Assembly: GCF_006345805.1 (NCBI RefSeq)
Contig: NC_043002.1
Coordinates: forward strand, 15,128,001 to 15,192,000
Direction: 5' to 3'
DNA length: 64,000 bases
From: Octopus sinensis
Taxonomy: Eukaryota
Below the pieces are notes generated by a model, which saw nothing but the letters and a program-made list of their open reading frames with translations, did not search any database and was not told the origin of the DNA. Both the position numbers and the translations under genes were made by a program. Within the stretch, counting starts at the first letter, position 1; each line of letters begins with the position of its first letter. Below, in pieces: positions 54,452 through 64,000 of the stretch.

Positions 54452-54838
54452 GACTGGCTGTGTGGTAAGTCGTTTGCTTAAGAACCACATGGTTCCGGGT
54501 TCAGTCCAAATGCATGGCATCTTAGGTAAGTGTCTTCTACTATAGCCTCGGACCGAACAAAGCCTTCTGAGTGGATTTGGTAGACGGAAACTGAAAGAAG
54601 CCCGTCGTATACATGTATATATGTGTGTGTGTATATGTTTATGTGTGTTTGGTACCCCAAATATCGCTTGACAACCGATGCTGGTGTGTTTACATCCCCG
54701 TCATTTAGTGGTTCGGCAATAGAGATCGATATAATAAGTACTAGGCTTACAAAGAATAAGTCCTGAGGTCGATTCGCTCGACTAAAATGCGGTGCTGCAG
54801 CATGGCCGCAGTCAAATAACTGAAACCAATAAAAGAAA
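54452..54838 (+). mobile_element. SINE family A, full length
   Basis: Matches the other family A copies. Confidence 0.92.
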
Positions 54839-56698
54839 TGTATATCTTACTTTTATTTTATATATATACAAACATTTTTTCTTTTAAATATTTGATACTT
54901 ACATAAAAAAAACTATATACTATATAATATATGCAAAAGTGTCTGAAAATCATATGTTTTGACGGGCGATTTCTTTCTTCAACAATTATATTTTTTACAG
55001 TTATAAATCACAACAAATATCGGTGCTTTAATAACATAAAATATTGCTTATATATTTTTCTTCCTATTAAGTAAACGAGCGATTGCTATCCTTCATACGT
55101 GTCTACTATTTGCAGTATTGTGGGGATATACGTGCGGAAATATATGTTAGTAACCGTCAAAATTTCTGACATATTGTTACGAGTTGCTCGGATCTATCAA
55201 GTCAATAGTTTACAAAACTATTCTCACCTTACAGCAATTTATTCTGCTAAAATATAAGACAACATATATGGTCCCAACAGGAATATAATTATTAGCAGTG
55301 AAGAAATAAGACTACATTTGTTTTCTAAGACTGGAGTTCTAATCTAATAGTACTAATAAAGTACTAATATCACAGAAGTAGACGAAAAACAGTGCGAATC
55401 AAGTGATGTCTTCATTTTGAAAAAGTATCAATTCAAACGTAAAGCTAGTTATTTGAACAGATGCCTACGTATATTTTGTTATTGATTTTTCTCCTCCCTC
55501 CCTCTTCCCTTCCTCCGCCTCCTCTTCCTTCTATCTTCAATTTCTTCTTCCCCCTCCTCCACATCACCATAATTACCTTCTTATTCATCCTCCCCTTCCT
55601 CCTTCTCATCTCCTTCAACTTCCTCTTCTTCACTTTAGTATTTGATTCCTTAAAGTCCAGATTTTGTATACCTTTTCGAGGATTACTTTCCATATGAAAA
55701 ACATGTTGTTTGCGATGGAGAAGTGAAATATAGAACACGATCTGACGCATAGTAACCAAAGATTGTCACTCATCATGTGTAATAACCTTACATGTTCCCA
55801 ACGGGGTTGTGTTACGTGCAACAGTATTAGAACTCAGGTTTTCTCTAGGCCTGTTGAATTTATCATGTTTCTGTATGCAGAGCAATAGCTATACCATGGC
55901 TCTGTGGATAGAAATTTTATCAGAAGGTATACCAAACATTTAAGATATGTTAATAGCAATAATGAACTGCTGGAAAGAGTGGACAAATTAGTTAAAGTAG
56001 TTAGACATTTTGCAAGAACACCTCTGCTGTACTGGATGTGATGCTAGAACATCCATAGTTAACCGGCATTGAGAAACGGAAATATGAGTAAGCGGTGCCC
56101 CGTTTTCTGACACGCAAATGCGATAGATATACCTATCTGGAATACAGTATATATAGATGGTGTTATTTCTGCTTGACAATATTGAATGACTTCAGCAATC
56201 ACAATGACGTCGTGATTCATAATGATTGCTTGATCTTAATCTACAGGACAAAGCAATTATTAAGCAGAGGTAAAATGCACATAATATTGTGTGTAGAGTA
56301 AATAGAATTTTCCTTTGGTGAGATATTTTGGGAGAAAAATATGTGTACTTTGTAAGATCAGGAAAAATGTGTGTACTATGTAGGGATATTCATAATGTGT
56401 ACGTCAAGAAGCCATATATTCAAGGAATAAAAGTCTACGTCGCCGACTTATGGGTTTCAAGGTATTCTAACAAACATTCGAATGATATTTTCTCATACTA
56501 AGTAGTTAATCACTTTGTAATCAGGCACCACAGATGTTTGCTAATTGGATTTCTATATTGAAAAGTTCACGTGAACAAAGAATTCGAAAAACGAATAGAA
56601 AGCAAAGAAGTGATGGAGAATAGAAAAGGAAAAATAAATAAACATGAAGACGTGAACAAGAAACATATTATCTTGACGCTCGGTGAAACGAAAGAGAG

Positions 56699-56731
56699 AT
56701 TAACGTTTCGAGCATAGCTCTTCGTCGGAAA
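56699..56731 (-). ncRNA. Hammerhead-like motif (CCGACGA variant) in pLTR-like segment (about 56560-56770)
   Basis: TT-CCGACGA-A-GAGC-TAT-GCTC-GAAA-CG-TT-AA; palindromic AACGTT; weak stem I. Confidence 0.55.
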
Positions 56732-57049
56732 GAAGAAAGAGAAACTTCTAAAGGAAAAGCAAAATATCGCCAACGACACACCTGTAATTACATGTCTGTA
56801 GTTTCATTGGATATACACATGATGAATTTTTTGCCATGAACGTCAAATGAAGCTTCAGTAAAATAAAGCGTTAATCATGTTCTATGAACACGAATGTGTC
56901 TCTTGAGGCCTGATGGTGCTTTGTAAACCCTTTTAACAAAGAGAGCAAGTTGAGGATTCAATTTTCTCGAGTACTTCTAGATTGTTTACTATAGGTTATC
57001 TGGAGTGGACGGTGAAACTTGCTTTGCTTTGTGCAAAAAAACTACTATA

Positions 57050-57900
57050 ATAGGTGAGGTTTCCATTCAGAGGCGCAGCGATTTGCTAGCATACATTCAT
57101 GCTTGCGTGATGATGCTCCCAATTTTGGATACGACTTTGTTCAAATACTTGAACTGAGGAGAAAAAGGGCCCTCACGAGGTACTGCGTTCTAATGCTGCG
57201 CTTTTCCAATAAGAAAAGGGAATGTTGCATCGTTTCAGATTATCTTTTAGTTTGTCTTTGAAGCACATGATTGGCCCACAAACTGATCTTCCTGTTGGAA
57301 ATAATCCAAAGAGGAGTTGTTTTGGAATTCATATATCAGCTATTCGTGAGAGATGGCCTAAACATCTGAGCTGTATATTTGGATAGGGATAGATTTAATA
57401 CCTGATATGTAGCATTTCGTTAGCGCCTCACTGTTATGAATATGATCGATCGGTTTTATGCTGGAGATAGTACGCAATCATTGCATGTGGAAAGTGTGCA
57501 GCCAATTGATGTGGTTTCGGTACAGAGTCCAAGATTCGGCACCATAAAGCAATGTTATCAATACCTCCGACTTATATGCTTTGCCGTTCACCATCAAAGA
57601 TACGGCGTGGCTGTTACGAAGCCTGTGATAAAGCCTACTGAAAACAGAGCTAGCCTCTCCGATTCTGGACTGGATTTCTTTATCCGTCTAGCATCATTGG
57701 ATACAATGGAACCAAGATAAGTGAAAGAGCATTCAGTTTTTAATACTTTCCAATCAACATATAGAGAAGGGGCAACAGCGGGAAAATGGCCACGAGTCGG
57801 ATGATGGAAAAGCTCAGTTCTCTTGATGCTGATCGTCAGGCCGAATGCTTTCGATGAACACGAAAAGTTATTAAGAATTCATCGCATGTCCTCCCTAGTG
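57050..57900 (-). mobile_element. RTE (BovB-like) LINE 3' relic
   Basis: FTYLGSIVS...EIQSRIGEASSVFSRL...TLLYGAESWTLYR...QLRCLGHLSR...IPKQLLFG...FKDKLKDNLK. Confidence 0.9.
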
Positions 57901-58050
57901 TGTGCTACAAGTACAAAATCCTCTGTCAAGACCAAATCTGGAACTGTTTGCACCAAAATCTCATTTCTTTTTATCTGAAGCGCCGTTGCTTGGGCAAGCC
58001 GGTACAAGTTCTGTACTCAAACTTCACTCCTATAGTTTGTGTATATCTTC

Positions 58051-58096
<46 letters not shown>

Positions 58097-58131
58097 CATG
58101 CGTCCCTGTGTGAATGTATGTATATGTATGC

Positions 58132-58209
<78 letters not shown>

Positions 58210-58411
58210 TAGATAGATAGATAGATAGATATAGAATTTAAAATGGGGATGAGAAATTAGATATCAATTTAATTAACATCGATTTCACACCAGTGGTCTA
58301 GCATATAAAAAAAACTGAAGGTTCGGTAAAATTGTATTAAATACATATTAGAGGGAAACCACTATGTGGACACCCTTATGCTAGAAATAGATCCGCTATT
58401 TATACATACGT

Positions 58412-58445
<34 letters not shown>

Positions 58446-59894
58446 GTATGTATATATGTACGTACGTATACATATGTCTGTGTTTTTGCCTCTCTGTGTG
58501 TTTGTGTGTGTGTGTATGTATTGTTGATTGTATGAATGCATGCATATATTTATGTATAATTATTACAAAATCAATGTCATCTCTTCTCTAATATTGATGT
58601 TTCCGGATTTTCTCGCGGCCTCAATATCTCGACGGAAACATAATCGAAAAAAAAGATATTGAAAAATCAGGGAAAACTTCAGAAAGTTATACAAAAGATT
58701 CTATTCGACGTGAAAGACACAAGTGATAAGCATCATATCTTACGTTGCTGGCTTATTTTCTTGCAGCTTCTCTTTTTCTATTGTTTACTATATGGTTTTG
58801 TTATCAATTCAAGCGCGAGATGGAATATTGATTGAATATCTTTTGATACATATGTGTGAAACTGTCATCAATTGTTTTCAGACAGTGGATCAGAGTTTAT
58901 TATCTGAATAGAAAACAAAAATAGATTTTACTTGAAGTGCTCATGGTTTGAATAAAAAGAGTTCTACGGATATAAGAAACATTAAAAATTTAACATTTCG
59001 TTTTTCTTTTCTTCTGTATAAGTGATACATAATCTAAGAACGATATGAATGAAATACAAAGGACCAAAAACAGCATCTTTGTTTTTTTTTATAATACAAG
59101 TCAATTGTTTGTTATGTCATATAAATGTGACGTATTGGAAAACTAATTCACCTATGAAGACATGAAGAGAAAGAAGATACAATTATTTGTGTTATGATGT
59201 GTTATTGTCGATAAATATCGGTTATGATGGATGGTTTTTACAGTAATGATACAAAAAAGAACAATAAAAAAATGCTACATTTATTTCTCCATTAGGCAGT
59301 GTCATGTGGTGAAATTAATTCGAAAATTTCTGCTGCAAAATGATGATTATGGAGGAATTAAGATTAACATCATCGTATCGAAAACGGTTTTCTGCAATCT
59401 CTTGCACAAGATTCAATTTGAATAATAAAATTAAGAAATATAAAAGTCAAATATGAAAAGCATTTGCTTCTTGAACTATCAATTATATTTACGAAGTAAA
59501 TGTTTTCACCTTATATAAAATCCTAGAACAATTTTATAATTTTCCGTTTTATAATCATTATACACTATTAGTTAAAGGAACGGTGAACAAATATAAGCTT
59601 AGAGAAAAATATTATTTGCAAACCATCCGAATAAAGAGTCATTTACTTCTATGTTATATTCAGAATTTTGTATTTCTCATAAATACACCACCCCTCGTAC
59701 ACGTGGAGGAATATATAATGTGTCCTTCCTTACTTATATTAAGGTGGTATGTGAAGACAATTTTAATTAATAAGTCGAAATTTGGTTCGGAACTATAAAT
59801 GGGTTCCGTCATCGGCTGCTTGAAAAACACACGTAGATACTTACACCTCTATTTATAAACATCAGTTTGCAATGTTTCACTAAAAGGGAGAATG

Positions 59895-60413
59895 ACAAAT
59901 GTCACTAAATGCGAGTAGGGTTTTAGGAAAATAACCAAATTACTAGATATGAGAGCTAAGTCGCTCTAATGTTTTAGTTAACTCACATGAATGAAAACAT
60001 ATACACTAATAGAAACTATATGCGTGCGAAAAGAGCGGAACGAAAATTCTTAATATTGAGGCGCCAGTTTCCGCAATTTCCGCTGTCTCATCAGATAAGG
60101 CCGCTCTATTGTCAACTACTTGTGGATTCGCTATTAGTATTAATGCTTGCGTGATCCGAATAGTTGGATGATTTAGTGATTGGCTAATGTGTATTTATAA
60201 AATTAATATCAACAACAGTTTGCAATAATTCATAAAAAGGTAGAATTACAAATGTAACTAAATATGACCAAGGTGTTAAGAAACACCTAATATTGCTAGA
60301 AATAAGAGCTAAACCGCATTAATGCTGTAGTTAACGCACATGAATGAACAAACGAGAATTCTTAATATAGAGGCGAAAACATAAATACTAATGGCGAAGC
60401 GGTTTAGCTCTTA
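59895..60413. repeat. Tandem plus inverted repeat arrangement, pLTR-like
   Basis: Direct copies at 59895-60063 and 60249-60375; short inverted copies at 60384-60413; CTGATGA on the minus strand at 60088-60094. Confidence 0.65.
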
Positions 60414-60487
60414 CTTGTTGCAAAGTATGTGTTTCCTAATGCCGTAGTTACATTTAGTGACATATGTGACATTTGTAATTCCTTTAC

Positions 60488-60858
60488 GAGTGGCCGTGTG
60501 GTGAGTAGCTTGCTTACTAACCACATAGTTTCGGGTACACTCCCAATGCGAGGCACCTTTGGCAAGTGTGTTGTAAAATAGCCTCGGGTCGACCAAAGCT
60601 TTCTGAACACATTTGGTAGACGAAAACTGAAATATGTATTTATCTGTATGTGTTTGTGTATCTGTGTTTGTATTTCCCACCATCGTTTGACAACCGATGC
60701 TAGTGTGCTTGCGTCCCCGTAACTTAGTGGTTCGGCAGAAGAGCCTCGAGAGAATAAATACTAGGCTTACAAATAATAAATCCTGGGGTCCATTTGTTCG
60801 ACTAAAAGTGGTGTTCCAGGATGGCTTAGGTCAAATGACTGACACCATTAAAAGAATA

Positions 60859-60860
<2 letters not shown>
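60488..60860 (+). mobile_element. SINE family A, older copy
   Basis: Diverged but collinear head, body and tail. Confidence 0.88.
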
Positions 60861-60911
<51 letters not shown>

Positions 60912-60963
60912 TATATATGTATACATACATATATATATATGTACACACGTATACATATATATA

Positions 60964-63874
60964 TGGAATCGCTTCTTGACTTCATGGATGACTTCTTCTT
61001 GTCCCAACTGGTACTAAACCATTCGTGCTGATCGTGTTGGCAGAAGAAAGAGTGGGACTGCCATTTATGTCCATGATTCATTCTCAACAGAAGCCATGAA
61101 CATATTTTCGAATGGATACTGCGAAGCAGTCGCTGTATTCAGTCAAACCAACAACTTAACAGTAGTTGGGCTCTACAGACCACCCCAAACGCCCCTACCA
61201 TGCTTCAAGGAATGCCTCAACAGCATAAAGTGTTTCATTCAGCAGTGTCAACCTGACAACATTTTAATGATGGGAGATTTCAACCTTCCCGGGGTTGACT
61301 GGTCTACAAACAGTCTGCCGCCAGGTTCTCTCTCTCTCAACCCCTGACAGGGAGGCAGTGGAATCGCTTCTTGACTTCATGGATGACTTCTTCTTGTCCC
61401 AACTGGTACTCGAACCAACGAGATGTCACAAAAACGTCTTAGACCTAATTTTCAGCAATCACACTGATACTATCCACATATTGCAGTGGAGAAAACCCTA
61501 ATCTCCGACCATGACATGGTTCTCTGTGATCTGAGATTTCACTGGCCAAAATGCAAAACAAATGTCATCCCTCCTGCTCATCCATTTGACACTATGGATT
61601 TCCACAATGCAAACTGGGAAGCGATCAATAATGATCTTGCACAAGTCGATTGTCCTTCACGCACACATACACACCCACTAACATCAAAAAGTCCTGGCAG
61701 TCACTTGTAGACACCATCACGAACATATGTGCAAGACACACCCCATTAAGATCTGCAAACAAATCTAAGTGTCGAATCCCTAGAAATAGAAAATCTCTCA
61801 TAAGGAAAATTAAAAGAATCAACAAAAAGATCAACATGCTGAAATACTGTCAACAGCAACACACCAACCTGACTGCCATCTCGTCGCTAGAGATTAAAAA
61901 ACATAAACTCCAAAACAACATGATGTCTATCATCAATAGTCAGCGAAGAGCTGAAGAGGCCTGGGCCATTGAGAAGATCAAACTCAATCCCAAAGTGTTC
62001 TTTTCATTTGCAAAAAAACACAGAGTCACTGGTTCTACTGTTGGCCCTCTGATTGATGAAAATGGTACTCTTCAAGACAATGCCAAAACCATGGGAGAAA
62101 TTTGCAGAAACAATATTGCTCTGTTTTCAGCAATCCTGATATGACTGATCTGGGCTGTATCAGTGATGTTACTCCCCAATACACTTTATCGGACATACCA
62201 TTTGGCGCTCCTGATGTCTTAGCAGCAATAAAGGAAATGAAGCATAATTCAGCAGTAGGTCCCGTAGGTTCCCTGCTTGTGTCTTGAAGATGTGTCAAAA
62301 CCAACTTGCACCCCCTCTAGCCATCCATCTGTGGCGGAACTCATTGGATGCTGGATATATACCAGAAGACCTTCTATCCCAGTCTGTTGTCCCAGTTTTC
62401 AAAAAAGGAAACAAATCGCTTGCCGTGAATTACCGTCCAATCTCACTCACCTCTCATATCATCAAGGTATTTGAGAGGGTGCTGAGATCGCGTATGACTC
62501 ACTTCCTTGAGAGTCATAATATGCTGAACCCCAACCAGCATGGATTCCGTAATGGGAGAGATTGCCTGACGCAGCTACTGCATCATTTTGATGACATTTT
62601 GAGAGCCTTGGGAGAGGGTTCCAACACTGATGTCATCTACCTTGATTTCAGCAAGGCCTTTGACAGGGTTGATCATAAGATCCTTCTGAGAAGCTGTCCA
62701 ATATGGTGGTCACTGGAAAGCTGCTGCAATGGATCAAGTGCTTCCTCTCTAACAGAACCCAACATGTTGTAGTCGAAGGAGTCAAATCCAGCCCAGCCAA
62801 AGTCAGCAGTGGTGTCCCACAAGGCACTGTGTTGGGCCCACTTCTCTTCTCACATCTACATAAATGATATTACTGACACCATCAAACACAGCAACATCAG
62901 AACCTTCGCTGATGATTCCAAGCTCCAGAAGGTCATCAATGGCGTGGATGACCGAATAAACCTTCAGTCAGACCTACTGGCTGTTGTCCAATGGGCGGAA
63001 AAGAATAACATGTTGCTAATGAAGACAAATTCGAACTGATCCACTTTGGAAGGGAGGACGCTCTGAAACTCCCATACTCTCTTCCTTCTGGAGAAATTCT
63101 CATGGCATCCAACAACATCAGAGACCTGGGAGTAACAGTGGACAACAACATAAGCTGGGCTACACATATAAGCAGCAAAGTTGACATGGCCCGCAGAATG
63201 TGTTCCTGGATTCTCAGAACCTTCCAGTCGAGAGATTCCCACGCTATTATCCTTCTCTTCTCCACTTTTCCCGACCCCACCTTGAATACTGCTGTCCACT
63301 GTGGTCTCCCTACACAAAACAAAATATTATGAGAATTGAAGCTCCCCAAAGGTCAATCACAAAAAAGATAGATGGCATGTCAGACCTTGACTACTGGGGT
63401 AGACTAGAGAAGCTGAAATTGTATTCACTCCAACGACGCCGTGAACGCTACATTATCTGTATGATGTGGAAAATATTCCATCAGCACTGTCCGAATGATG
63501 TTGGCATCACCTTCAAAATGCATCCAAGGCTTGGACCACGTGCCATCCGTCCACAACAAATATCTAAATCGCATCACATAACGACAATACGGCACAACTA
63601 TTTCACCTCAATTGGACCCGCTCTCTTCAACATTACACCAGGACACGTCAAAAAGGAACTGACCACACAAATTCAAGAAGTCTTTGGACAAATTCCTTCA
63701 AACAGTACCGGACAAACCACCCACACCCGGATATGTCTCCGCAAACAATAACTCTCTGCTCGAATGGGCCTGGTGCCCAAATCCTGAACTGAAAGACTTC
63801 GCCAGGTGGTGCTATTAAGTTAGACATGGCCTGGGCCAATACTGGCCAAAAACCTTTCTAAGTTATTCTAAGTT
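60964..63874 (+). mobile_element. CR1-group LINE, 5'-truncated ORF2 (APE endonuclease plus RT), many frameshifts
   Basis: LYRPP, MGDFNLP, LDLIF, SDHD (APE); NYRPISLTS, QHGFR, LDFSKAFD, GVPQG, FADD, RDLGV (RT); RPHLEYC, YSLQRRRERY; tandem TTCTAAGTT(A) 3' tail; flanked by (TA)n. Confidence 0.95.
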
Positions 63875-64000
63875 ATATATATATTATATATAATATTATA
63901 ATATATTATATATATATATGCATAAATACACCTATACATACATGCATCTATATATATATAAATCCACACCACACACACCTGTGTGTATGTGAGCGTGTGT

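Overview
AT-rich animal non-coding DNA (intergenic or intronic). The SINE families and dense (TA)n/(CA)n/(TAA)n tracts look like an Octopus-type cephalopod genome; this is inference from repeat style only. I found no convincing host protein-coding exon, rRNA, true tRNA or CRISPR array, and most ORF-track entries are microsatellite translations. The window is a layered set of mobile-element remnants: about 20 tRNA-derived SINE copies of three families, many with target-site duplications (TSDs); five Tc1/mariner relics and two MITE-like elements; a Gypsy integrase relic; LINE fragments of the CR1, RTE, RTE-X, HERO/NeSL and R4/Dong types; a Penelope GIY-YIG relic; and a 2.9-kb CR1-group LINE at the right end. 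The main hidden signal is about a dozen minimal type-I hammerhead-ribozyme folds, intact or decayed, from several distinct sequence families. They sit in short Penelope-pLTR-like inserts and inverted repeats, often in or beside (TA)n tracts. One lies directly downstream of a tRNA-like Pol III promoter. All folds were read by eye and none has been tested for activity.
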